A DNA stretch of 64,000 nucleotides, taken from the NCBI GenBank assembly GCA_964016885.1, contig OZ024746.1, positions 9,858,001 through 9,922,000 of the forward strand, written 5' to 3'. Numbering within the stretch: the stretch's first letter is position 1; every line of letters starts with the position of its first letter. Source of the DNA: Eledone cirrhosa (lineage: Eukaryota). Positions 41,137 to 56,117 of the stretch are shown in pieces. The position numbers were made by a program, and so were the translations under genes. Below the pieces are notes generated by a model, which was given only the letters and a program-made list of their open reading frames with translations, was not told where the DNA came from and ran no database searches.

Positions 41137-42206
41137 AGCACTTAATGCCTGTTTTCCATATATATGCAGATGTTAAATAATGATAATAATATACATCATA
41201 CGTCTACTTTTCATACCAGGATGGTTTGAACAAGTGATTACAGTTCAAATCACTTCTTATTCACAGTTAGATAGAAAAGGAAAAACTTTCTAGTGTGTGT
41301 GTGTGTGTGTGTGAGTTTATTTGTGAGAGACTGAGAATATAAACAAACATTTCATATCACAACATTGATTATTTGAAACAGCAACGTTTTCCAGATTTTG
41401 TGGTAAAATAAAAGAAATTGGGGCCTGACCAGCGGTAGCCATAGCAATGTATTTGTGCCCTCTGCTGGGCTTTTTTAGTTTTAGGATGGTTAGATTTTTT
41501 AAACTTAATACCTGTATGTATAACTTTTCAATTCCAATTACTTACGCCAAGCTGAGCTTCATATGTAAAATTGTATTCTAACTTTTTGTGTATGAGCACC
41601 CAACTCCCAAAACCTGAATCCCCCCCCCCCCCCCCGTCTACATCTGACATGATCCCTTTTCCTTGCTTGCATGGGTTTATCAAATCAGTTTCAGGTCTTT
41701 ACTAGCTTTGTTCCTTTATTATCTACTTTATGGGGGCCAGTTTGCTGAGATTAGCTTTCATCACCTCTGCTGAAGTATTTTATGGATTTTCTCTTCTGTG
41801 ACTTCCTTTCTTGGAATTCTTGGCCCTTCCTAACCCAATGATCATCAACCATGTGCATCACATCTTTATCAATGTAGTATTAAAATAAAACAGCTGTTGC
41901 ATACTTAATGGGGTTACAGTTCGCCCAGTTTCATGTCAGCTTTATGGATAATGTAGAGAAAAAATATGCTAAATTATAGGCCAAAACAACTTAGTCATTC
42001 TGTAGTAGCAACAATGCTTGGCACATCTTGAGCAAGTGGTACTGTCAAAAAGTGGCAATCTCTAATTTGACAATCGAAGACAGTTGTATTCAGCAGTGCA
42101 AACTGTATGTAAGATATAAATATAAGCCTAGATGTGTGTGTGTGAAATGAACCCTGTTTATTATATGATAATGAGAAGCCACCAATAATGTTCCGTTATA
42201 TATAAC

Positions 42207-42398
42207 AGCGGTGGATTAGCAGTATCGGTAGAGGGTTGGAAACCATGCTTTGACGCATAGAGTTACGGCCCTTGCCATTCTGAGTTCAAATCCCGCCGAG
42301 GTTAACTTTGCCTTTCATCCTTACGAGGTCGATAAAATAAAGTACCAGTAATGCGCTGGTGTAATTGCTGGCCTTGTGCCAAAATAGAAACAATTATA
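42207..42398 (+). mobile_element. SINE family 1
   Basis: Full consensus with flanking direct repeat TTATATATAACA. Confidence 0.85.
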
Positions 42399-43967
42399 TA
42401 TAACATGATGAGGAAGCATGTTTTAATATGCTGCTTGAAAGTTAGTCTCTGATGAATTCACTTTACATGTCTTTCAATGAATATAATTTCAAATGATTTA
42501 CATTTAATTAGAATTCACAGAAGATTAAGGTAAGAACTATTTATTAACTATAACCGACTATTGTTAAGTAGCTTGGAGTGTTAAATACACAACTTATTGC
42601 TACAGGCAGTCGATAATACAAAAGTAAAACATAAACTTCATATATTTTTTTATTTTTATGGCTATTTTTTATTTTTTATTTGATATTTGTCTTCATAATT
42701 CTGTGTATACTACTTGTGAGTGTGTGTATGTGAGTGTGCTTGTATGTATGAGAGAGATAGTGTATGATTGTCTATGTAATCTGGTGTATGTGAAAGTGTG
42801 TTTTTCGCATACTTTGTTTTAGAAAAGGAATTACAAGAAAACAGATAAAATATTTGTTTTAATCAAAACTACATAATTAGATTAACCTCTTCAAGTCTCG
42901 AGCTGCCAGAATAGCTTGTAAGAAAAACTAATGCAGCCAATACTTGCTATGTCAGTAATACGATATAGCTAGGTATGCCAAATCATACATTAAATGAGAT
43001 TTGCTCCAAGTTAATTGCCAATACTTTTGACAATATTATCTTTATACTCTCTATTACAAATTAATTATGTATATAATGCTACAGTCAACAATAATTCTAT
43101 ATCTGAAAGTTGAATATTGCTTGGTGTTGCCAACAAAACAAGTCGAATTCACATCCCTTTAAATCTCATTGGCCTTAATATACTGCCAAAATGTGTTTAT
43201 AATCCTATTGACCTTTAGCTCTATAGCATTAATAGAATGCTAGATGTAAAGTTCAAGTGTAATAAGGCAGGATTTACCTATAATGTATCGATTTCTTCCC
43301 TGGCTAACATAAATAGTAGTCAACTTTGAAATTCCAAAATCAGTTGTTTAGTTTTCATATTTTCAAACAGATTTTCATCAATATTTTCCCAGCTATTTTG
43401 GTTAGTATTATTCCCTGCCAGTTATTTGAATATATCATGGATAATTATATTTACTTTGTTGTTTTTTTAATTTATTTATTTTATGTCACTAACAGTGAAC
43501 AGTAGCATCAGACCTTGCAGATATCCAACAAGTGACTTGCTGGTTAACTGCATTTTTTAGGGCAAACGCTTTAAGGTGGTAGGGGCTGATTTAATGCAAA
43601 CGTAATTCTTTCAATTTTCTCATGAATGTTTGTAGCATATGCCAATATAAGCTGATGAAAAATACACACAAACACACACATCATCATCATAATCATCATT
43701 TTATGTCTGCTTTTCCTTGCTTGCAAGGGTTGGACGGGTCCTATTCAGCACAGCATCTCTCCACCCATCACAGTCCTTTTTCATCTCCTCGGTGAGTTTC
43801 AGCGATCTGAGGTCTGCTCTCACCACCTCCGCTTATCCTGGCTTAAATCGGTGGTAACCACAGTAAGTAAGCTACTCAATACAAAGCAGAACAGGACTAG
43901 AACTGTTTCATATATATATATATAAGGTAGATTAGATCAGTTGATAATACAGTCATTCATAAATAAT

Positions 43968-44155
43968 TGTTTCTATTTTGGGCACAAGGCCAGCAATTAC
44001 CCAGTACATTACTGGTACTTTATTTTATCAACTCCGTAAGGATGAAAGGCAAAGTTAACTTCGGCGGGATTTGAACTCAGATCATAAAGAGACGTAACTC
44101 TATGCTTCAAAGCATGGTGTCCGACCCTCTACCGATACTGCCAATCCACCGCCCT
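43968..44155 (-). mobile_element. SINE family 1 with a 17-bp TSD
   Basis: AGTCATTCATAAATAAT at 43951-43967 and 44156-44172. Confidence 0.9.
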
Positions 44156-44223
44156 AGTCATTCATAAATAATACAATTAAAACCTTGTTATTTTTAATGG
44201 GTTATTTTTTATGTGTGTGCCTA

Positions 44224-44270
<47 letters not shown>

Positions 44271-44652
44271 AAACCCATATATATATATATATATATATAT
44301 GGGTTTCCATAGAGTGTGCACCCATGCTCTCATCATAATGTGTCACTTGGATTCAGCCTGAGAGCTGCATTAAAGGTATACATATCTGTGGAATACTCAG
44401 CCACTTACACATTCAATTCATGAGTACAAATTCAGGTGTTTGAACAACTGCATGCTCATCAATGAGACTCATGAAGAATCCATCATAGGCAGCAGAACTT
44501 ACACAAAGATGACCTAGAAATATTTCCAATACCTCACAATTACATGCTTTCATAGTAATATTTTTTATGTATATTTTTGTGTGAGTATATGTAGCTATAT
44601 CTACCTACCTACTTATGGATATATATATATATACAAATACATACATATATAT

Positions 44653-44687
<35 letters not shown>

Positions 44688-45014
44688 AGACACTTTATTT
44701 CACGTTGCTCCTTCTACCTAGAGTTGCAACCGATAGATAGTATTAGCAATTGGAAAGACCAACGGAAACATTGTTCCCTCAGTCCGATTTGACGAAAGTC
44801 GATCGTTCCTATATATATATATATATATATACACAAATACATACATATATATGTATGTATTTGTATATATATATATATATATACAAATACATATATATAT
44901 ATATATATATACAAATACATATATATATATACACACAAAAATAACAATATATATATATATACAAATACATATATATATATACACACAAAAATAACAATAT
45001 ATATATATATACAA

Positions 45015-45041
<27 letters not shown>

Positions 45042-45045
<4 letters not shown>

Positions 45046-45285
45046 AACGTTAGAATATGTGTAACAAGGCCAAGACAATGCAGATATGGACATTTGGAAA
45101 TTTAGACGCTGGTCTGAGACTTTTACTTCCCTCCGAAGAAGAGATATTATCTCGAAAATTAAGGACATTTAAATAAATTCAAGGTGAAAGACGAATTCTC
45201 ATCAATATCTCTCACTATTGCATTCTTTTTTCTATGTCCATATCTGCATTGTCTTGGCCTTATTACACATATTCTAACGTTTATA
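45042..45285. repeat. inverted repeat (52-bp arms, 140-bp spacer) with a hammerhead-like motif in the spacer
   Basis: Arms 45042-45093 and 45234-45285. The spacer has cct-CCGAAGA-agagatattatctc-GAAA-attA-agg. Confidence 0.8.
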
Positions 45286-45323
45286 CCTCATTACACAATG
45301 CTTCAAGTGAACTATAACCTCCT

Positions 45324-45364
<41 letters not shown>

Positions 45365-45476
45365 TAAAAGGAATTCCAACTTTGTCTGATTTACTCGTTT
45401 TATTTACAATCCTTTAAAATTTATAATGGTATTAGAATGAAATAGTATGGTAGAATATTAAATGTTAAGTGTTAAT

Positions 45477-45515
45477 TGAACGAGTACTTTCATGCTTTCG
45501 CAATCTTCAGGTTCA
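45477..45515 (-). ncRNA. minimal type I hammerhead ribozyme motif
   Basis: Minus strand tgaac-CUGAAGA-ttgc(gaaa)gcat-GAAA-gtac-UC-gttca. Confidence 0.7.
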
Positions 45516-45596
45516 TAATGTGTGGTGACAGTCAAGTTTGTAATTTTCAACTGTCTGAAAATTGAAAATTGCAAACTTGACTGTCACCACACATTA

Positions 45597-45635
45597 TGAA
45601 CCTGAAGATTGCGAAAGCATGAAAGTACTTGTTCA
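45597..45635 (+). ncRNA. minimal type I hammerhead ribozyme motif
   Basis: tgaac-CUGAAGA-ttgc(gaaa)gcat-GAAA-gtac-UU-gttca. 5-bp stem I, GNRA-capped stem II and palindromic GTAC stem III. Confidence 0.7.
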
Positions 45636-45799
45636 ATTAACACTTAACATTTAATATTCTGCCATACTATTTCATTCTAATACCATTATAAATTTTAAAG
45701 GATTGTAAATAAAACGAGTAAATCAGACAAAGTTGGAATTCCTTTTATTAATATAATCTTCTATACACAATCATACACACCCGTGTATATTTATCTATC

Positions 45800-45830
<31 letters not shown>

Positions 45831-46333
45831 GTAGATGCCAAGATATATAGGTGTGTGTATACAACAGGTATAAATACATGAATATAATCAAGTATCTACG
45901 CATTACCAGATGCTTATAGAATACAAACTGCAGCTCCATTAAATTCTTAAAAACACACGAAAAAATGCGTCAAGTACACTCTGTAAAGGGATTGATATTA
46001 GGGCAGCCAAGCATAGAAAACATGCCAAAAATTGGAACATAAAGCAACACATTGTCCTCCAAATTATCCAGCCCATGCCACCATGGGAAGCATATGTAGT
46101 GATGATGGGGATAATATATACACACACTCACACGTGTGTGTTTCATCAGCTAGTTCCAGACTGGAACTAACTGTTGAAATGGCAAGAGCTAAGTCATGGG
46201 GACCCCCACTCTTTATAATATATATATATAATAGTGAAAGAGAGAGCGAGTCTGTGCTGAGACTGGGAAAACAATAAATCATGGAAGATACAAAGTGGAT
46301 AGAGAGAGAGATATGAATCTGACCACATGTTGT

Positions 46334-46410
<77 letters not shown>

Positions 46411-47636
46411 CCATTCCAAGATATCTATCAACTATCAATACTTCTTAATTTTGTATTTATCTTTCTGTTTATTTTTTTAACCAACAGAATTATTTGTGTA
46501 ACTATATTTTCTTCCCTTTGGGAAAGTTGCTTCGTTGGTAACCATAATAATTACATTTTACTCATTAATAATTGGCCTCTATAATTACATTTTCTTCATA
46601 AGAAGTGGTTGCTATAATTACATAGAGACTAAGAGCAACTCTGAAATAGTAAGGTGATATAGAAAGAATATTAATGTTCTTTGAGGAAAAAATTAATTCA
46701 TAGTCTAATTAGTCTTAAGTTTTTCATTCATAACACTTAGAAGTAACATGTAATTTTGCTGTTCTTTTCGCTTCTATATTTGTTGTTTTAATATTGAAAA
46801 TACCTCATAAATATGGCTGAAGAAAATACCTCACAGGAGTGTTCCACATATTAAACACAAATATGGTAGGGTCTTACATATATAGTATTGTCAGTTGAAA
46901 ACCTTCGAACATACAAGATTATCCAAGCAATTAGTTGACAAAACTCCTTCCTAATTATATAAAAACAATAAACAAGGTAGATAACTCCAATAAGCTCAGC
47001 TGCTCAAAAGTGATGGACAATATAGAATAAAAAACAAATTAGAGAGGCCCACAATTGAAAGTTCGAAGTAGCCTTTCTGATACATTAAAGAAAAAATGTT
47101 TTGGTGGATAATATTTTGAAATTAGTGTTTCATTTAAAATATTGATAGCAATAATAGTTGTTTTTGTTGTTGTGTAGTCCAAGCCGAAACGGATCAAAGG
47201 TATGTCATGTAAGTCCTCATTGCCAAGGTTGACTTTTCCTTTCATCCTTACTGGGTCGATAAAATAAAGTACCAGTAATGCACTGTGGTAATTGCTGGCC
47301 TTGCGCCAAAAGTAGAAACAATTATGATAACTAAGCAATATCTAACTCTCTCTATATATATCTGTGTGTGTGTATGTGTGTGTTCCTCTAATGGCTCACT
47401 AAACACACGCTTTCCTCCCATATTTTTTTCCTGTTTCTTCCTATTCTTATTCTCATCTGTCTTTCTATGTCTTTTATCTATCATCCAATAAATTCTATCT
47501 TCAAAAAAAGGACTAGAGCCCAAAACGTTGAGATTCATTTCCTACTATATCAAGTGTTAAACTGATATACATCCTCGTTGTACTGTATCATTCTACTATA
47601 ATTTTGTATTTGTTAACATTTTGCATATATATATAT

Positions 47637-47965
<329 letters not shown>

Positions 47966-49888
47966 TAGGACTGGGGTCCCTATCAAAGCACCCAGTCCAC
48001 ACTGTAAAGTGGACGTGTAGGCACCACGGAAAAAAAGCACCTAGCACTCACTGTAAATGAGGTTGGTGTTAGGAAGGGCATCCAGCTGTAGAAATCAAGC
48101 CAGAATCAGTTCCCTTCCCACCCTTGCAAGCAGGGAAGAGCAGACGTAAAATGATGATAATGATATATATATTATAATTGAAGACCTCAGATTTATTATA
48201 TAGATTGGCAGTCTGGGTATATCATTGCCTATCCAGACTATTGTTTGCCTGATAGTTATCAGAATAGGTGTGGCCAAAGTGGATTCTGTGTATAGCAGTT
48301 GCTATTTCTCTACTTCTTTGGCTCACCTTTTTTTATATTAGATACAATTGTTTCTACTTTTGGCACAAGGCCAGCAATTACCCGAGCGGGATTTCAACTT
48401 AGAATGGCAAGGGACGTAACTCTATTCGTCAAAGCATGGCGTCCGACTCTCTACTGATACTGCCAATCCACCGCCTTATATTAGATATAATATACTTTGG
48501 ATAGTTTAGTCAGTATTATGTATTTTTGTATATTGTGCTTATGTTTTGAAATACTGGGTGTTGTTTTTGTTGCTGTCTTTGTACTGGTTACAACAGGAAT
48601 GTCTTTTTCTTTATTGGAGCTTGCTTTAATAATATGATAAAGACAAAATCTCTGGGCTTTTTTTAGTTGATTTTTAATACAGTTTAGAATATGTTTAGGT
48701 GAGGTTTGGTACTCTGCATAGACTGTATACATGTGTCTGTCACATGAAATATGTTTTTCCTCCGGATTGATCTGGTTGTTTCCTCACTCAACAAATATTT
48801 GAAGTAGAACCACCCCATACTTTATTTCTAGTTGAAGAATAATATAATTAGGATTGGCGTTTTCAGTATATTTTTTTCAAGATGTTTGGGTATGGCTGTT
48901 TTTAAAAATATTTGGGTGAGGTTTTTCTGTTTCACTCATTGATGATTAATATTCTCGGTGAAGTAGGAAGAGAGTGCTACCATATACAGACAAGTGGGAG
49001 GGTGAAGGGTTAGACCTATATGATATAGAGTGATGGGAAAAACTTGTGCTAGACTTAAGAAGCAGATACCATTAAGATGCATTTGGAAAGTAGAAACTTT
49101 TAATGGAAATGCAATGATTGTATTTTAAAACATCTATCAGCATCTTCTACAATAGGCTATCAAATGTGAACATGAAAATATAAACCCCAAAATTAAAGCC
49201 AGTATTATTCCCACTACCTTTTCTACCAATATTATATACTCTGAATTAGCAAGCCATGTACCATCTCTACCAATGTCAACTTTCTACTTTTCTTCACCAC
49301 TTCTTGGATTCAATCTCCTAAATCCCAGGCTAAACATTTTGCTCAGCTATTCTTCCTTAGTATCGCAACCTTCTGAAACTCATAATTTTCCTACAACCCC
49401 ACCCCACCTCTACTGCTTTCAACCTTGACTAAATACATTTAAAAAAACTTAAAGATTACATAATATATGGGGGAAAATGCGTTCATAGGATGAATAATAT
49501 ATGAGATATAACCCTGTAAATTTGGGATGAGCTTAGAAGGATAATCCATTGACTGCAGTAAAATTTGTTATTGAAACTCTGCATGAAGTTGAGCTGTTTT
49601 TAAACCTAACAGTCATTGTGTTTTAATCATATAAGAAATTCAATTCAATGTATGTGTAATAAAGATTGTATATTTAATACATAGGGAACTGAAATGTTTT
49701 GTATGTAGAAAACATTGCTGTATAGTAAAATATACTGTAGTGAACAGAATATTCTGAATGTCAGGTCCACAGATGACATGTGGTTTGAAAAATGTAAGAG
49801 CCCTAGAGACTAATAAGCTTTTAAATTGGAAATGTAGTTGTCCCAACACAGATGACTATGTTAATAGCCATTGATCACTATAAATAAT

Positions 49889-50077
49889 TGTTTCTACTTT
49901 TGGCACAAGGCCAGCAATTATCCCAGTACATTACTGGTACTTTATTTTATCGACCCCGTAAGGATGAAAGGCAAAGTTAACCTCGGCGAGATTTGAACTC
50001 AGATCATAAAGGGCCGTAACTCTTTTGCTGCTAAGCATGGTGTCTGACTCTCTACCGATACTGCCAATCCCCTGCCC
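49889..50077 (-). mobile_element. SINE family 1 with an 18-bp TSD
   Basis: TTGATCACTATAAATAAT at 49871-49888 and 50078-50095. Confidence 0.9.
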
Positions 50078-50304
50078 TTGATCACTATAAATAATAGTTG
50101 AAAATCAGATAAAATACTTCTGAAGATGGCAAAAGGGTAGAAAAAGGGCCTATAAGGTATCAAATCTGGCATCTTTCAGGTACCAGGTGAGTGCATTAAC
50201 CATTACACTATGGTGACTCCCACTCCTGATTGCCATCTTTGAGATTTTAAACCTATAGCAAGCAGGGTAGACATCCAGTTCACTTTGGTAACTATTATTT
50301 ATAA

Positions 50305-50657
50305 CTGGTAGAGGGTCGGACGCCATGCTTTCCAGCATAGTTACGTCCCTTTACGATCTGAGTTCAAATCCCGCCAAGGTTGACTTTGCCTTTCATCCTT
50401 ACGGGGTCGATAAAATAAAGTACCAGTAATGCACTGGGTAATTGCTGGCCTTGTGCCTAAAGTAGAAACAATTATTTATAACTGGCAGTATCAGTAGAGT
50501 GTCGGACACCATGCTTTGATGCATAGAGTTACGGCCCTTGCCATTCTGAGTTCAAATCCTGCCAAGGTTAACTTTGCCTTTCATCCTTACGGGGGTCGAT
50601 AAAATAAACCGCTGGGATGATTGCTGGCCTTGTGCCAAAAGTAGAAACAATTATTTA
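50305..50657 (+). mobile_element. two tandem SINE family 1 copies
   Basis: Copies at about 50305-50475 and 50483-50655, separated by a repeated ATTATTTATAACTGG. Confidence 0.85.
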
Positions 50658-53600
50658 TAGTCATCTGCATTAAGACAACTACATTCCAAATTTCAAATTT
50701 TTCCAATGCTTCTTAAGTCAACCAGATCTAATGGTCAATATATTCGACCAACATCCAAGAGATACATGGTTTGATTCCTCATAGGTGCCTCTGTCTACTT
50801 TTTTCATCTCCAGGGGAAGTTTATCCAATTTTTCAATAATTATTTATAGTGATCAATGACTATTAATATAGTCATCTTTGTTGGGACGATTACTTTCAAA
50901 TTTTCCCATTGCTTCTTAAGTCAACTGAATGTTTATACATTAAGCATATATATATATATCATCATCATCATCATCGTTTAACGTCCATCTTCCACGCTAG
51001 CATGGGTTATATATATATAAAGTCAAATATATTGGAATCATATTTATTTTGAAAATATTTTACTTGTTTTTTTTTTCCATGTGGCTTATTTAATACAGAA
51101 CTATAAGATTTTACACACACACAGCATTTTACACACACACACACACACACACATTCATGCACATGCTCACTTAAATATACATAAACATATTGCCGTGAGT
51201 TGAATTAACAGACCAAATCATGCGTATGTTTTTGAAACCAGTCTGTTGCCTATTTTTTTTTCAATCCAAACATGCTATCATGTAATTAGAAGTGGCCTAC
51301 TTCTTAATTAAGTAAACCAAAGAAAGAATATACCACTATTACTTGCTCAATGATATATGAAAAGGAAAAGAAATCTTTCAATGTAATAGTTGTTAGTCCT
51401 TCATCAGGAAAAAGTAAAGTTAGGAGAAAGAAGAGGCTGCAGAGTTGAGAAAAAAAGAATTTAAATATGTGAGGGGGGGGGGGGGGGGTATACATGCATG
51501 TGTGTGTGTTTGTGTACAGAGAGAGAGCAAGGGGCAGACAGATGTGAATTGTTAAATTATTATCAATCTATATATTTATTTCCTGTCGATAAGGACTGAA
51601 ACAAAGGTGGTAAGCTTTTAGAAAACAGAGCCAATAACTTGAATTTCTGACTAGATTCTTTTTCTCTTGAACGACTAATACCTTTGGGTAATGCATAAAT
51701 GTCACAATCCAATCAACCGTTTGATGCTATCAATAGGACTGGTCACTTATATTTGTATATCTATGATTATTAAACATTATGTAGTTGACCCATGGGACAA
51801 ATAATACACTTCTGTCAATATTTGCCTGTGATAAACTCTCCGTTTCTCACATTTAAAAAAAATTAATAAACCAACCTTTTATTATTTGAAATATATCAAG
51901 ATTACTCTGAAATGCTGTGAAGTGTGGCAATGTCTTCTGATCTTCGCAGTTTTGGGCAAGATTTAATTCTTGATTTTTTTTTTTTTGTCTTTTTACTTTT
52001 TTTTCCAACTAACATTTTCTTCTTAAAAAATAAAATGGGAAATCATTTATTTTTCAGAAATTTAATTAATTTCTTTTAACCTTTCAATTTTGTATTAACT
52101 TTTTTTTTTGTCCTCCACCCAATTCTTCTAATGCATGTCTTAGATTCTTAGTAATGCATATTGTTTTAGCTTTTCAATACAGGCCGCCAGGAAGTACTGT
52201 TTATTTGCATCTACTTCAGTAGTAGCATGCACCATTGCATTATTCTTGATCCGCATTAACTTTTCCATTGCTGTACCAAATGGTTATCAAACACCCCACC
52301 ACCACTAACTTAACCTCAATTATTTGTTCATATTTTAATCATTATCAATTCTCTAATGAGAATTTCAGTAGTTGGCTTCAAGCAAAAGTTATATCTTTAA
52401 TGTTTCAACATTTATTTTATCTATACAATATAAATTAGAAAATACATATTTGAGATCTACTTTAAAAAAACTGACAAAATTCAAATATTTTCCTTTTTTT
52501 TCTTTTCAAAACAATTTTTCTGGTCGTTTTGCAATTTCGTATATTTCTGTACAAAATTCTTATGAAAATATTTTACTTGTGGATGCTCTTCTATGGATGA
52601 TAGTAAAATAAGACATCTTTTCCACCAGAATGGAATTGTCAGAGCAATAGACAAGATGCCTTGCATTATCTGTTCTGGCTCTTAGCATTCTGAGTTCAGA
52701 TCCTGCTGTAGTGATATAATCTGTTGCTTGGTTCAAACACTGTCACTTGGCTCTTAGGTAACTTTAATAGAGTCCACTCTGTTGTAAGTATTTAGATAAA
52801 GCCTAGGGTTTCAGGATACATTACTCCTTCCCTCCAACTACTTTCAGAAGCTCTGAAGACAGTCATGAGACCTGGCTTTCCTCCAAGGTATTGATAAGCT
52901 TGATAAGGGCAAACAGAGTAATGTGTTTCTAGAATGACTGTAAAAACTCTTTGTTGCTTGAAAAACTAACAGTTAAGTGGATGTTAACATACTTTAAACA
53001 GTAAGCCGAAGAATATTAATTGATTAAAATTATACTCTTAGTGATATTGGAAAACATCATTATCTTAATGTCTAATTATGGTTAAGAAAGGCAGGGGCAA
53101 CGACTTTAGAGTTTAAGTTAATTAAACTTAATTAAATATAGAATTCAGTGCAAAGTGAGTTTGATTTTTGGCAGTACAATGACAACTCCAGATACTTTTT
53201 AGGTTTGTTTTATGTTGTGTTCTTAGGTTACTGCAATTACTGATCCAAAGCCATAATACTTCAATAAACATGTGTAAGTCAATTTCTAAATATTATTTAG
53301 AAATTATTTTAGTTCATTTATTATTGATTTCCATTGTTTTCCCATTCAAAACTTAAAAAATAAACTGCCAACTATCACTTTATCTTGTTTCTCCCTCAGT
53401 TTATTTTTCTTCTAAGTTCAACAGATATTGATTTTTCTATTGAGTTGACTTGCAACTCAGATAACTTGATATTTATCAGTAGTAAATAAGTGATTAAAAA
53501 GCATAAGGGTGCATTCAAATTTAGCTTCAAGCATTGCAGTTCCTTTTTATGACACTACATATGTTAGGTAACTTACCTGAGTCTACTAAAAATATAATTG

Positions 53601-54739
53601 TAATGTTTATACCATGTATATTGTATGAGACATGTATAGATTTCATTGAGTTATATATATATATATAAGAGAGACAGAGAGAGACAGAGAGAGATATCAA
53701 TGCTTTTGTTTCTTCATTATAAAAAAGAAATAAAGAATTAATCTAGCTATGGAAATAGATACAATGAATTTCATTTTGGAAGCTATCTAGATTTCAAATA
53801 TTGAAACTAATATAGTAGAGAAAAAGTGTTTTATTTACTTGTTGAATTTAAACAATAACACATCTTAATACACAGACATATGTATTGTCATTCAGCTGTA
53901 TAAAAGTGGTGTGGAATAAGCATAAGTTAAAATATTCTAAAACTTAACCACAATCTTCATAATATTTTGCTTTTATTTCCTAACAATAAGTCATTTGATA
54001 ATAGAAAATATTATAAGCATTTTTCTTCCCTTGAGACCATATAGCGCTTTGTTTGAGGAATTTAACTCTATTTGTCTTATAGTCAAACATATACTGCATT
54101 TTCCTCAGTTCCTTTATTTAGGCTAAATCCTCTGGGGCAATGCCTTCTCTATTCTGTCCACTGGGGCTGTGTGGCAGCCAGCACATGGTCCCCCATGTGA
54201 GCTAGAGGCAGAGGCAGTGACAAGGGAAATTTTATTCCATTATGTTCAGACTTAATATATATGTATATATTTATCTACCATACATAAATTCTTTTATATT
54301 AATGGTGAATTAACGTGTCTCTGTAGACACAACACTTCTTCTATTAAAACAGTATTTAGGTCAATGGTGAGGAATCAATTTGTGGTTGATTTATATTTCA
54401 TCAGTTTTGTAAATTTACATAAATTAAGCAAGGAATTGAAGAATAGCTTGAATATATAATATAAGTAAGATCATATGATAAACAAATCATTTATTAGCTA
54501 GCAATAACATGGACCTAAATCCAGTTATGTGTAGTATATTTTTTTTAACCTTTTCATGGCCATACTTCAAATGAAATTCACTGTGTTTGTGTTTCAGTTT
54601 ATTTTTAACATAATCATGAATGTAGATGGAGTTAGTAACATAATTGACTTTTTCATTGTTAAGCTGGTGTTTGGAATATAATTAATGAAAGAGTATTGCA
54701 TAAAATTAGGATGAAAGGTTCTAATTTCAGATTCTTTAA

Positions 54740-54961
54740 CCCTTTAATGTTCAAACCGGCCAAAACCGGCTAGAATTCTCTATCCTTTTCTGTTGAAACT
54801 GGCTGTAACTGGTCACTCAAACTGATGTTAAGGTATTGTTCTCAAAATAAATACTTTCAAAATCTCATAGATTCGATATTATGTGAGATAATTATGCGAG
54901 GTAAAACATTTACCATGAAAATATAATAGTATATATATAGAGTAATGTGAATGCTAAAGGG
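54740..54961 (-). mobile_element. full MITE family A copy in antisense orientation, about 1.15 kb upstream of exon 12b
   Basis: TTAA flanks. The internal sequence is the reverse complement of the 8393-8613 and 34734-34949 copies. Confidence 0.85.
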
Positions 54962-55858
54962 TTAAAATAAGAGATTCTGTATGGTGGAACCACAGTCTCT
55001 TGTTTATTTATATAGAATCACATCATCTTCTCAGAAGAGTTGATATCAATGGATTTAACCCTTTTGTTACCAACTACCTTTTGTTCCATGATGAAACGCT
55101 ACTTGCTTTAAAGAGTTCATATTTAAATTTATTGTAAGAATAAATTAATGTAAGATTGGTTTTCTTGAGTTATATTCCAAACACCAGCTTGAAGAGAAAG
55201 CTATTTTTACTAAATCTCTGCATAGTTTCGATTATTTAAAAAATTCATTGAAAATAATGGTCTGTGTATTTCAATAGAAATATGGTAAGAAAACAGTTAA
55301 ACAAGGATATTGAGGTATGAGAGGGAGTAGGTATGTTGTTTGAACTTAACATTGCTTTTCTGTGAAGCATCAGAATTTATTATCTATCCCAGTCTCCTCA
55401 CATTAACTTGATGGAATTTAAAAACTAAATTCTCTTGATTTCTGGTACATTATGTTACAGCAATGGAAAGGTCAATGAGTAGATTTGTATATTGTGCAGC
55501 TAAATATCTAGCCTTGCAACTGCATTTTGTCCTATGTTTCCAGCAATATTACCAGTTAACCACTTACAAGAATCATCATCATTATCATCAACCTTATTAT
55601 CAACATCACCATCATCACCATCAATTACATTAACATTGCTTTTGCTAATAGAGTTCCATTGCTTATTGGCATCAATATTAGAGGCAATGTGTCCCATATC
55701 CTGCTATCTTTATCATCATCATCTGCAACTATATCCTTCTCTTCCTTGTCATCATTATCATCAACAACAACAGCAGCATTAGTAGTAACAGCTGCTGCAG
55801 CATCTGCAGGCATATTAATGCCATAGCCAGAATTTTACAATATATATACATATATATG

Positions 55859-55940
<82 letters not shown>

Positions 55941-56117
55941 GTAAGCCATGGTATCAATTTTATGTAATAACTAATGCTTTCTTCAACCTCACCTACAATT
56001 GTTAGTTGTTGTCTAAAAAACTGTAGTCAGAAATATGTAACCATTAATATCAGAACTGTTCTTTACCCAAGTTTTGCCAACTGTGTCACTTTATTTTATC
56101 TCCCCACCTGCATGCAG

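Larger units (their letters stand above)
45356..45755. repeat. long near-perfect fold-back palindrome (arms about 194 bp, 11-nt loop), Penelope-like inverted pseudo-LTR pair
   Basis: The arms are reverse complements with only a few mismatches, and each holds a hammerhead motif. Sits next to (TA)n. Confidence 0.92.
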
